Shown here piece by piece: positions 9,641 through 19,113 of a DNA stretch of 64,000 bases. Position 1 is the first letter of the stretch. Each line of letters opens with the position of its first letter. This DNA comes from an uncultured Cytophagales bacterium. GTDB lineage: Bacteria > Bacteroidota > Bacteroidia > Cytophagales > Bernardetiaceae. The position numbers were made by a program, and so were the translations under genes. Below the pieces are notes generated by a model that saw only the letters and a list, made by a program, of their open reading frames with translations, had not been told where the DNA came from and made no database searches. The DNA lies in the NCBI GenBank assembly GCA_963719525.1, contig CAVRCG010000004.1:861579-925578 (forward strand). The letters run 5' to 3'.

Positions 9641-11095
9641 TTGAATACTATCTCAGAAACTACTATAAATTCATTCGCTTCTACTAAAAAAGCCATTCAA
9701 AACAAAACACGTACTTGTGTAGAACTCGTCGATCATTATTTGAAAGTCATTAACGAAAAAAATCCTTCTCTAAATGCTTTTTTGGAAGTTTATGAAGAGC
9801 AGGCAAAAACACAAGCAAAACTCGTCGATGAAAAAATCCAAAACGGAACAGCAGGAAAACTAGCTGGAATGATTGTCGGATTAAAAGACGTTTTGTGTCA
9901 TAAAGACCACAAATTAGGTGCAGCTTCAAAAATGTTAGAGGGTTTTGAATCTCAATTTGATGGAACAGCCGTAGAGCGACTTTTGAAAGAAGATGCTATT
10001 GTAATCGGTCGCCAAAATTGTGATGAGTTTGCAATGGGTTCTTCGAATGAAAACTCTGCTTTTGGAGTTGTAAAGAATGAAATCGGTACAAACAGAGTTC
10101 CGGGTGGAAGCTCTGGAGGTTCTGCCGTTGCCGTTCAAGCAGGAATGTGTATGGTTTCGTTGGGTTCTGATACAGGTGGTTCGGTGCGCCAGCCTGCTGC
10201 TTTTTGTGGAATTGTTGGACTAAAACCTACTTATTCACGCATTTCTCGTTATGGTTTGATTGCCTTTGCATCGTCTTTTGATAGCATCGGAATTTTTGCA
10301 AATAATGCTGCTGATGTAGCCATTACCTTAGAAGTAATTGCAGGAAAAGATGGTAATGATAGTACGGTTTCTCAAAGAGAAGTTCCGAAATATTCAGAAT
10401 TAGTAAATCAAGATTTGGGTAATAAAGAAAGTAAAAAGCCTAAAATTGCTTATATCAAAGAAACTCTACATAGTGAAGGATTAAGCGAAGAAATAAAAGC
10501 TGCCACAGTTGCCAAAATTGAAAAGCTAAAAAGCGATGGTTATGAAGTAGAAGAAGTTGATTTTTCACTTTTAAAATATGCGTTGCCAACTTATTATATT
10601 CTGATTACAGCAGAAGCAAGTACTAATCTATCAAGATACGATGGTGTTCGTTATGGTTTCCGTAGTCCGAATGTTACTGATTTGGAATCGATGTACAAAA
10701 AAACACGTACAGAAGGTTTTGGTAAGGAAGTCAAGCGAAGAATTATGTTAGGAACGTTTGTTTTGAGTGCCAGTTATTACGATGCTTATTTTACGAAGGC
10801 ACAAAAAGTAAGGCGCAAAATACAGGAAGCGATGAAAGAATTATTTACAAAATATGATTTTATTATCTCTCCAACAACACCTACAACAGCTTTTGAAATT
10901 GGGAAGTACGAAGGCGAAACGGTAGAACTTTACTTAGCCGATTTGTTTACTGTTCCTGCTTCTGTGGTCGGAATTCCTGCTATTTCTATTCCAAACGGAA
11001 CAGACAAAGAAGGTTTGCCTATCGGTTTGCAAATAATGGGAAATTATTTTTCAGAAGATAAATTGTTGGCTTTTGCTAGTGAGTTGATGAAGTAG
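9641..11095 (+). CDS. gatA: Asp-tRNA(Asn)/Glu-tRNA(Gln) amidotransferase subunit A
   Basis: 484 aa amidase-signature protein with GGSSGGSAVAV and GSDTGGSVRQPA motifs. TTG start in the ORF track. Confidence 0.9.
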   Translation: MNTISETTINSFASTKKAIQNKTRTCVELVDHYLKVINEKNPSLNAFLEVYEEQAKTQAKLVDEKIQNGTAGKLAGMIVGLKDVLCHKDHKLGAASKMLEGFESQFDGTAVERLLKEDAIVIGRQNCDEFAMGSSNENSAFGVVKNEIGTNRVPGGSSGGSAVAVQAGMCMVSLGSDTGGSVRQPAAFCGIVGLKPTYSRISRYGLIAFASSFDSIGIFANNAADVAITLEVIAGKDGNDSTVSQREVPKYSELVNQDLGNKESKKPKIAYIKETLHSEGLSEEIKAATVAKIEKLKSDGYEVEEVDFSLLKYALPTYYILITAEASTNLSRYDGVRYGFRSPNVTDLESMYKKTRTEGFGKEVKRRIMLGTFVLSASYYDAYFTKAQKVRRKIQEAMKELFTKYDFIISPTTPTTAFEIGKYEGETVELYLADLFTVPASVVGIPAISIPNGTDKEGLPIGLQIMGNYFSEDKLLAFASELMK

Positions 11096-11135
11096 GATTT
11101 ATAATTGAAACGTAAACTCGTGATTAATCAATCTT

Positions 11136-11318
11136 ATGAAATCTAACAAAATAGACCAACTCAACCAATCAAAAACTCCTATTATTGTTTTTGATAAAGA
11201 GCTAGAAAAATTACAAGGTGTTGTTCTCTTTCCCAAAAAATTAAAGAGGATAAACGAAATATTGAAAACGGCAGGTTTGCCTAAAGAAATTCCTGCAAGT
11301 AAATTTATTAAATCGTAG
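11136..11318 (+). CDS. hypothetical small protein (60 aa)
   Basis: Complete ORF directly downstream of gatA and followed by a palindromic repeat. No recognised domain. Confidence 0.25.
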   Translation: MKSNKIDQLNQSKTPIIVFDKELEKLQGVVLFPKKLKRINEILKTAGLPKEIPASKFIKS

Positions 11319-11327
11319 TGTTTAAAA

Positions 11328-11364
11328 CCTCGTTGACGGTTTCATTTGAACCTCAACAACGGTT
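11328..11364. repeat. REP-like palindromic element (CCTCGTTGACGGTT ... CCTCAACAACGGTT)
   Basis: Hairpin-forming inverted repeat in a 3' intergenic position. Members of the same family occur at 29886-29916, 33737-33768, 63590-63650 and, degenerate, at 55066-55100. Confidence 0.5.
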
Positions 11365-11440
11365 GATTGTAATAGAATTTGTGAAAAATCGTTTAAGTAA
11401 TTACTTGAACGATTTTTTCTATTCTAAAATAAGCAAAAAT

Positions 11441-12052
11441 CTACAAACCATTTTCCCTTTTCGTTTCGTCTATAATATGCTGCAAAGCTCCTAAAAGCAA
11501 ATCTAATTCATTTATCAAAAAACGCTTTTCATCTATTGTAATCTGATTATTTTCATATCTAATAAAACGCCATTCTACACCTGTTGTAGAACAACCATAA
11601 AGAACTTTTATAGGATTTCCTTCTAGTTCATTTAGTTTTTTTGCACCAATAAGTTAAGCCGAAACTTGTAGCGTCCCTTGTTCTAAATCTTGCTTTTTGG
11701 CTTCTGTAATACAGAAAATAGGAGTTAAGACAAAATCTTGAATCCTGCTAAACGAAAAAACAAAATCACATTCTCCTCGCAATCCCAAATCTGTACTTAC
11801 ATCTAAATTTGCACCCGAATAAATAGAAAAAGAATGTTTGTTTATTTCACTTAGTTCTGTCAAAACAGGACTTACAAGACGTTCAGAACGTGATTTTTCA
11901 CTCCCAAAACCCATTTGAGTAGATTTTTTTAGAGAAGCAACGAGCCATTCGGAAGCTGGAAGAGGAACAAGATTAGGAAATAAATTGGTAGCTCTAAACT
12001 TAATTTCAAACTTGTTTATTAAATCTAAATAGGTAAAATCGTTATATTCCAT
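11441..12052 (-). pseudogene. PD-(D/E)XK nuclease-like protein of the HsdR N-terminal-domain family, with an in-frame TAA at 11654-11656
   Basis: The 132 aa ORF ends at TAA, and the same frame continues LIGAKKLNELEGNPIKVLYGCSTTGVEWRFIRYENN... to the stop at 11441-11443. A D...ExK-like motif (GECDFVF...CITEAKK) is present. The TAA is probably CAA-to-TAA. Confidence 0.5.
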
Positions 12053-12190
12053 CTTTATTTATTTTTATTTTTTATACAAGTTAGTCAAAATATCGCACAA
12101 GAATTGATTGTATGACTTTTATTTAGTAGGTTTAATCAAGTAACTATCCATTCCGAATAATCCTACTTTTTTTATTTTTGTGTTTTGTTT

Positions 12191-13918
12191 ATGCAACCCA
12201 AACGCTGGCTCTTCGAACCTTTACCTTCTAATGAACAAATTTCATTGCTTTCTAAGCAAATCAATGTTAGTACTATTCCTGCAACCTTACTCTTGCAGCG
12301 TGGAGTAAGTGATTTTGAAACTGCAAAAGATTTTTTTCGTCCTTCTCTTTCTCATCTGCATTCTCCTTCTTTGATGAAAGGAATGGAAAAAGCCGTAAAT
12401 CGTTTGAAAAATGCCATAGAAAATAAAGAAAAAATTTTAGTGTATGGAGATTATGATGTCGATGGAGTTACTTCGGTGGCTCTAATTTTTGGCTTTTTGA
12501 GAAAGATTTATCCTGATACAGAAGAGCAAAAAAATCTTTATTATTATATTCCAAACCGAAATACAGAAGGCTACGGAATTACAAAACAAGGGTTAGAATT
12601 TGCAAAAAAAGAGGAAGTAAAACTGATTATCTGTTTAGATTGTGGCGTAAAGGCAAATGAGCAAATTCAGCAAGCCAAAGATTGGGGAATAGATTTTATA
12701 GTTTGCGACCACCATTTGCCAGACGAAGAATTACCTGCTAGTTTTGCAATGCTCAATCCAAAACAAAAAGGCTGTCAATATCCATTTAAAGACCTTTCAG
12801 CGTGTGCGATTGGCTACAAATTTTTACAAGGATTTTGTGAAAAAACAGAAAATTCTATACGAGATGTAGATTATTATTTGGATTTGGTAGCGTTGAGTAT
12901 TGCTGCCGATTTAGTTCCGATAGTAGGAGAAAATAGGACTTTGAGTTCTTTTGGATTAGAAAAAATAAATAATGAGCCACTTCTAGGAGTGAAAGCATTA
13001 CTGAATTTGATAAATGGATATGGAAAAAAAATAGGTGTTCGTGAGATTGTTTTTTCACTTGCTCCTCGTTTGAATGCAGCAGGACGAATTGGAGATGCTT
13101 ATAATTCTTTGGAACTACTTTTGGCTTCATCGGATAAAGAAGCGAATAAATTAGCTAGAGAATTAAATCAAAAAAATGATGAGCGTCGTGATATAGAGCG
13201 TAAAATGATGGAGGAAATAGATGAAATTTTGAAAAAATCAGATCCCAAACGCAAGACAAACGTACTTTTTAGTAGAAATTGGCATAAGGGATTAGTTGGA
13301 ATTGCAGCAGCTAAATGTGTAGAGAAAACCTATCGTCCGACCGTAATTCTGACAAATTCGGATTCTGATAATGGAGAACTGGCTGTCGGTTCGGCTCGTT
13401 CGATTTATGATTTTGATATTTATAAAGCTGTGGAGAGTTGTTCGGACTTATTGACACAATTTGGAGGACACAAATTTGCTTCTGGAATGTCTATGCCTAT
13501 CGAAAACGTAGCACAATTTCAAGAGCGTTTTGAAGCTGCTGTAAAGGGTAATTTGGAAAAGGAACAACTTGTTCAGCCTGTTCGTGTAGATATGGAAATT
13601 GATTTCTCACAGATTACTCAAAAAATGTTTGCTATCATAAAACAAATGTCGCCTTTTGGTCCTCAAAATATGCGACCTGTTTTTGTGGCTCGTAACGTTC
13701 AACTTCTTTCTCCCAAAATTATAAAAGAAACACATTTGAGAGTACAAGTCAGACAAGGAACTTCTCTTTTTTCGGCTATTTCGTTTGGAAAGGCTAATTT
13801 TTTTAATCAAATAAATTCAAAATCTAGGTATGATATTGCTTTTTTGATAAGTGAAAATTTTTTTAGGGATAAAAGTTATTTGCAACTTGAAATTAGAGAT
13901 ATTTTGAAGGTGGAATAA
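12191..13918 (+). CDS. recJ: single-stranded-DNA-specific exonuclease RecJ
   Basis: DHH phosphoesterase motifs (VYGDYDVDGVTS, DHH at CDHHLP) and a DHHA1 domain. About 575 aa. Confidence 0.9.
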   Translation: MQPKRWLFEPLPSNEQISLLSKQINVSTIPATLLLQRGVSDFETAKDFFRPSLSHLHSPSLMKGMEKAVNRLKNAIENKEKILVYGDYDVDGVTSVALIFGFLRKIYPDTEEQKNLYYYIPNRNTEGYGITKQGLEFAKKEEVKLIICLDCGVKANEQIQQAKDWGIDFIVCDHHLPDEELPASFAMLNPKQKGCQYPFKDLSACAIGYKFLQGFCEKTENSIRDVDYYLDLVALSIAADLVPIVGENRTLSSFGLEKINNEPLLGVKALLNLINGYGKKIGVREIVFSLAPRLNAAGRIGDAYNSLELLLASSDKEANKLARELNQKNDERRDIERKMMEEIDEILKKSDPKRKTNVLFSRNWHKGLVGIAAAKCVEKTYRPTVILTNSDSDNGELAVGSARSIYDFDIYKAVESCSDLLTQFGGHKFASGMSMPIENVAQFQERFEAAVKGNLEKEQLVQPVRVDMEIDFSQITQKMFAIIKQMSPFGPQNMRPVFVARNVQLLSPKIIKETHLRVQVRQGTSLFSAISFGKANFFNQINSKSRYDIAFLISENFFRDKSYLQLEIRDILKVE

Positions 13919-14198
13919 TTTTTTACGACAATAAATTCAAACTTAAATTGATTCGATTACCTTTAATCGGAAACAATGTTATAAAAATTACTTAGAATGC
14001 ATTTAAATTTTTATTTATAGATTTTTTTTGAATACTTTCAATATAATTTTTCTACTATAGAATAAAGAGAATTTTTAGAAGGAGTGTTTCTTGTTAAACA
14101 AAAGAGTAAATCAATATACCTTCTAAGCAGTAATGTTGCTTCCTGCTTCAAAATACGTAAGATTACCAAATTTGGATTTTGGTAAGATGCTATGAATC

Positions 14199-15371
14199 TC
14201 AAAACAATCGATTATACATTTTTATCCAACGCTCTGGCATTTCTCCTCTATTAGCTTGTTGATAATCATTATAACTACAAGGAATAATCGATGGACGTTG
14301 ATACGGGTTTTCTTCATTATCTTCTTCAAAATGTGGTGCAGGAACTTCTAACCACCATTTATCGGTCAATTTACTTTTATAAAAAACCATCATAAAGTCA
14401 GTTCGTCCTCCCATTGGAACAAGATATTTTATGTAAAACGGACTTCCAAAATCATATTCAGCTTGGCGATTATAAAATCCTTCTACAAAATACCAAATCA
14501 TTGTCGAAATAATACTTGCTGTATGTCCGTATAAATCTAAGTCAGGATTATATTCGTAAAATCCTATTGAGGTCATCTGTACATTATTTCCTGCATACCA
14601 ACAAATTCGTGTCGCTTCTTCTGCTGAAAGTCCAAAAGGTTGAGCGAGTTTGTTTGCTGCTGCATCGGCTGCACGAATAGCACTCAAATCAAAACTAAGT
14701 AAATCGGCAGTTCTTACAAGTGGTTCTATTTCTTCTGGTTTATCCCTAATTTTCCCTACTCCAACAACATCAAAATTTAGTTTTTGATATAATTTTATAA
14801 AATCTAACGGAATCAAATATTCTTGACTAGCCAAATGAGTAATATTAAATAAATAATTGGGTTGTAATTTTAATATTTTATCTATAAAACTATCTGCTGG
14901 GAAATTACTATTTACATCTAAATCAATCTTGGCATCAACACATAAAAGCGAAAGCATTTTGTCCAATGGTTTATAGGCTTCATATTGTGCCAACGTCAAA
15001 TTGTGGCTTCCTCCAATAATTATTGGCAAAACATTTTTCTGTAAAAGTCTATAACACACTTCACTCAAACGCTCTTTTGTCTGACTTTCATCTTCTGTTA
15101 ATCTCAAATTTCCTAAATCTATAATGTTATATTTGTGCGCTCGTCCTTTCTGCAAACGATATAATTTTTGACGAACAGCATCGGCAGCATTAAGCATCGA
15201 TTTGTTTTCAGAGCCATTTTTGTCATCAACTCCAATGATTGCGATTTCGGCATCTTGCCACGAAGTATCAGCCGAAAAATTACCAGTCAAGATTTCAAAC
15301 CATGTGTTTTTATGGTTTTGTCCATCAAAATTGGATAAGGAAGGTTTGTTGAAGAATAGTTCTAGGTTCAT
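14199..15371 (-). CDS. arginase/agmatinase/formiminoglutamase family protein (ureohydrolase superfamily)
   Basis: 390 aa with manganese-ligand motifs (IGVDDKNG, IIGGSHN, DLS). Confidence 0.7.
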   Translation of the reverse strand: MNLELFFNKPSLSNFDGQNHKNTWFEILTGNFSADTSWQDAEIAIIGVDDKNGSENKSMLNAADAVRQKLYRLQKGRAHKYNIIDLGNLRLTEDESQTKERLSEVCYRLLQKNVLPIIIGGSHNLTLAQYEAYKPLDKMLSLLCVDAKIDLDVNSNFPADSFIDKILKLQPNYLFNITHLASQEYLIPLDFIKLYQKLNFDVVGVGKIRDKPEEIEPLVRTADLLSFDLSAIRAADAAANKLAQPFGLSAEEATRICWYAGNNVQMTSIGFYEYNPDLDLYGHTASIISTMIWYFVEGFYNRQAEYDFGSPFYIKYLVPMGGRTDFMMVFYKSKLTDKWWLEVPAPHFEEDNEENPYQRPSIIPCSYNDYQQANRGEMPERWIKMYNRLF

Positions 15372-15396
15372 TTATGTAATTTTTTCAAGAAATCAA

Positions 15397-15789
15397 TTAG
15401 TTTTGCTCTTTATCTTCTCCATTAAGTTTGTCGTTTATTCCCAAAATAACGTCCTTTAAATAGCTTTCTGATATAGTTTCCATTTCTGATTTGTCATAAA
15501 TAGCAACTAAGAAAATAGTAGTTTCATCTTCTAAATCTTTTTCAATTACATCTACTAAAACTTCGACCACGTAAGTAACAACACGCAAACCTCCTCTTTT
15601 TCCTTTGCCTTTACTTTTTACGGCTAAACGAATTTTGTACGTATTTTCAGAAATTAAAGTGCCTATTTTTGGATTATTGATAAGTTGTTGTTGTAATTCA
15701 GCTAATTCCGATTTGAGAGAAATGTATTTTTTCAAAAGTTTCTTAGCATCTCTCTTAAATTCATCGATAAGAGTTATTTTATAGTTCAT
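15397..15789 (-). CDS. type II toxin, RelE/ParE superfamily (HigB-like killer protein)
   Basis: 130 aa with KGKGKRGGLRVVTYVV...IFLVAIYDKSEMETI, typical of addiction-module killer proteins. It overlaps the upstream antitoxin gene by 11 nt. Confidence 0.7.
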   Translation of the reverse strand: MNYKITLIDEFKRDAKKLLKKYISLKSELAELQQQLINNPKIGTLISENTYKIRLAVKSKGKGKRGGLRVVTYVVEVLVDVIEKDLEDETTIFLVAIYDKSEMETISESYLKDVILGINDKLNGEDKEQN

Positions 15790-16003
15790 CTAAAAAATCT
15801 TTTAATGAAGTTCCTTTTTTTTCTCCTCTTTGTATTTGTCGTACTTCTCTGAAAGCTCTTTCTAGTTTGTCTTTCATTAATAGCTTATTTTTCATGTCTT
15901 CAATTTCTTGTACAAAATTTTCCCATTCTTTTAAGCTAAGTTGTACAACGGTTTCTTTTCCTTCTTTATCTTCTATATAATGTGGTTGTGGAATTTTTAT
16001 CAT
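15779..16003 (-). CDS. cognate antitoxin (74 aa)
   Basis: Small protein upstream of and overlapping the toxin gene, with the C-terminal motif GTSLKDFLDEL. Confidence 0.6.
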   Translation of the reverse strand: MIKIPQPHYIEDKEGKETVVQLSLKEWENFVQEIEDMKNKLLMKDKLERAFREVRQIQRGEKKGTSLKDFLDEL

Positions 16004-16824
16004 TTCGTTTTTTATTTAAAGTGTTTTTCTGAATAAACGCATTATCTCCAAAGTTAGTTTTTATTTGAAATGAATTGGAAATCTAATCCTAAAAATTATA
16101 TCACAAGTTAGAAAATATTTCCACAACAAGTTTGGTTTATAAAAAAATAATTCTTACCTTTGCAACTCGTTAAAGAAAGCCATAGGAAAAAGCCTAAGCT
16201 ACTGCGTCTAGTTAAATGTTTGAATAATGATAGTAAATTGTAAGTAAATTATTACTAAGTAAAATTACTACTTCATTAAACAGACAGAAAAATTTAACTA
16301 TTGAAATATAGAAAACTTTGATTTAAAAGTACATATTTAAAAATTCCGAAATACTTCTGACTTCTAATTTCAGACTTCTGAATTTATTATTGTACCTCTT
16401 TTCTGTTCACTACACAAGAAGTCTTTGTTGAGTTAGCTTGCGTTGTGAAATTTAATTTAATTATATTTTTATTAATACTGATTAAATTATTTTTCAAATC
16501 ACAAAACAAACCGTTCAACGCCTCCCACAAAAGCTTCTCACTTAGCACAAACCTCAAAGTCATCTAGGTTTCGTCTTTTTGACTCTATCAACACTTGATA
16601 AAATATCGTATTTGTTTAATTATTTAGAACTATAAATTTTACTCTCATAAAGTTCTGCATGTATATGTAGTTTTTATTGATTGCTCTTTATTTTCTTATC
16701 TAAATTATTACGTTCAAATAAATTTGTTTATCCGAATTGATACATATCTGACCGTCTGCTTATTCGTTTTTTTGAGTTGCTTTCTACAATTATTTACAAT
16801 ATATAATTTATTATAGTTTTTAGT

Positions 16825-18222
16825 ATGGAAAAGACAATAGAAAAAAAATCAAAGAAAGTAACTGAATCTACACAATCAACAGAGGTAACTTTGAAATTTA
16901 CAGACATGAATCTGTCTGATGAAGTAAAACGTGCCGTTGAAGCAATGGGATTTGAATCTCCATCACCAATTCAAGAACAAGCAATTCCTTTTTTATTAGA
17001 AGGTAGAGATGTAATCGGACAAGCACAAACAGGAACAGGAAAAACGGCTGCATTTGGTATTCCTCTTATTGAAAGAATTATCAAAGCAAACGAGAATAGC
17101 GAATTTGACAGAAATTCAAGATTACCGAAAGGAATTATTTTGTGTCCTACTCGTGAACTTGCCGTTCAGGTAGCAGGAGAATTAGAAAAATTAGCAAAAT
17201 ACCGTAAAGATATTTTCGTAACGGCTGTTTATGGTGGCGAATCTATTGAAAAACAAATTCGTAACCTTAAAAGAGGTGTTCAAATCGTAGTAGGAACTCC
17301 AGGACGTACCATTGACCATATAAAAAGAGGAACTTTGAAGCTAGAAGAAATTACAAATGTAATTTTGGATGAAGCCGATGAGATGCTTAATATGGGTTTC
17401 AAAGAAGATATTGAGCTTATTTTAGAAGAAATCACGACAGAACACCAAACTGTTTTGTTCTCGGCTACAATGCCTAAACCGATTCTTCAAATTGCTAAAA
17501 AATACCAAAACAATCCAGAAATTGTAAAGGTAATCAGTAAAGTATTGACAAGCGATAACATTGAGCAATCGTTTTTACCAATTAATCCAAATTACAAAAC
17601 AGAGGTTTTAGTTCGTTTGTTGGCGTATAATGGTTGGGAATCAATGCTTATTTTCTGTAACACAAAACAGAGAACTGACGAAGTAGCAGAAAAATTAATC
17701 CAAAAAGGATATTCAGCAGAAGCATTGCACGGAGATTTGGCACAACACCAACGTAATTTGGTAATGAATAAATTCCGTCACGGTCGTGTTCAAGTTTTGG
17801 TAGCGACAGATGTTGCAGCTCGTGGAATTGACGTGGATAATGTAGAAGCAGTTATTAATTATGATGTGCCTTTAGATCCAGAGTATTATGTTCACCGTAT
17901 TGGTCGTACTGGTCGTGCTGGTAATACAGGTGTTTCGATTACATTTATTTCTGGTCGTAGAGAAGTTTATCGTCTGAATGATATAGAGCGTTATTCTAAA
18001 TCCAAAATTTCTCAAGGAACAATTCCTACTCAAGATGAAGTTTTGGCTAAGAAACAAGTTCGTTTTATGGAAAACTTAAAAGCAACTATCAATGATGAGA
18101 AAAAAGCTGAAGAATTAGAAGGCTTTACAGCTCTTATTGAAATGTTGGAAATAGAAGGAATTACTGCAAAACAAGTAGCTGCTGCCGTTTTGAGCCTTCA
18201 AATTTCGAAACAAACCTACTGA
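16825..18222 (+). CDS. deaD: DEAD-box ATP-dependent RNA helicase (DeaD/CsdA-like) core, truncated by a frameshift just before its C-terminal extension
   Basis: Q motif, AQTGTGKT (motif I), DEAD, SAT and HRIGRTGRAG motifs. The stop at 18220-18222 is followed in the +1 frame by the expected C-terminal domains. Confidence 0.9.
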   Translation: MEKTIEKKSKKVTESTQSTEVTLKFTDMNLSDEVKRAVEAMGFESPSPIQEQAIPFLLEGRDVIGQAQTGTGKTAAFGIPLIERIIKANENSEFDRNSRLPKGIILCPTRELAVQVAGELEKLAKYRKDIFVTAVYGGESIEKQIRNLKRGVQIVVGTPGRTIDHIKRGTLKLEEITNVILDEADEMLNMGFKEDIELILEEITTEHQTVLFSATMPKPILQIAKKYQNNPEIVKVISKVLTSDNIEQSFLPINPNYKTEVLVRLLAYNGWESMLIFCNTKQRTDEVAEKLIQKGYSAEALHGDLAQHQRNLVMNKFRHGRVQVLVATDVAARGIDVDNVEAVINYDVPLDPEYYVHRIGRTGRAGNTGVSITFISGRREVYRLNDIERYSKSKISQGTIPTQDEVLAKKQVRFMENLKATINDEKKAEELEGFTALIEMLEIEGITAKQVAAAVLSLQISKQTY

Positions 18223-18688
18223 CAAACTTTCAGAAGCTGAAATCTGGGATACTAGAGATAGAAGAAGAGATGGACGTGGTGGAAACGACCGTAGAGGTGG
18301 TGGACGTGATAGAGGTGGAAGAAACGACCATAGAGGTGGGCGCAATGATAGAGGAAGTCGTAATTCTAGTTCTTCTCGTCGTGATGATAGAGGTGGAAGC
18401 CGTGACCGTAATGATAGAACAAGCCGTCCTTCTTACAAAGATCGTGGCGACCGTGCTGATATGGTTCGTTTGCGTATCGATTTGGGTGCAACTGAAAATG
18501 TGCGTAAAGGCGATATCTTAGGAGCAATTGCAGGAGAAACAGGAATGCGTGGCGACAAAATCGGTTCTATTCGTGTAAACGAGAGAGAATCTTTCGTAGA
18601 AGTACCACAGTCTGACGTTGATAATATCATCAGAGTAATGAACAAGTCTAAAATAAAAGGTAAAAAAGTTGAGTTTGAAAAAGCTTAA
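18191..18688 (+). pseudogene. deaD: out-of-frame C-terminal part of DeaD: RGG/RD-rich linker plus DbpA-type RNA-binding domain
   Basis: The +1 frame reads KPTDKLSEAEIWDTRDRRRDGRGGNDRRGGGRDRGG...MVRLRIDLGATENVRKGDILGAIAGETGMRGDKIGSIRVNERESFVEVP..., which is the canonical DeaD C-terminus. The shift is within CAAATTTCGAAACAAACC near 18205-18215. Confidence 0.75.
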
Positions 18689-18900
18689 GGAAAACCAGTT
18701 TAGAAGTTAGATTTTAGAATAAATTTCACTTCTGAATAATTACCTAAAAAATCCATTTTTCTAATTTATTTTAGGGAAATGGATTTTTTGTTTTGTTGAT
18801 TTAGCTGTTTTAAGTCGTAGGAAAAAAATATGTCTTTTCCCACTCTACTAGAACTTTCGCAATTCAGAAAACTGACAGAATTTTGTTTTGTAAAAATGGT

Positions 18901-18920
18901 AGTTGTGTAGGGACAACGCA
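18901..18920. repeat. perfect 20 bp palindrome GGACAACGCATGCGTTGTCC
   Basis: Exact reverse-complement symmetry. Intergenic, between the deaD 3' end and the histidine kinase gene. Confidence 0.5.
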
Positions 18921-19113
18921 TGCGTTGTCCTTACTAAAATGCAGAAAACAAAATGAAATTTTGATATACAAGAGATTTGCGAAAGTCCTATCTACCTAAA
19001 TAATATAATCAATTTTGTATTTTTGGTAGTAAAATCTTATCTTTAAAGAAGAACTCAAAACTACTTGTTCAATCTGATTCCTTAAAAATATTCTTTCTAT
19101 TAGTATCAAATTA

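Noticed and set aside
18115-18521. ORFs 18115-18345 (-) and 18270-18521 (+) encoding Pro/Arg-rich or Val/Glu-rich peptides
   Set aside because: They are alternative-frame readings of the RGG/RD-rich DeaD C-terminal linker; the +1 frame gives the genuine DeaD extension.
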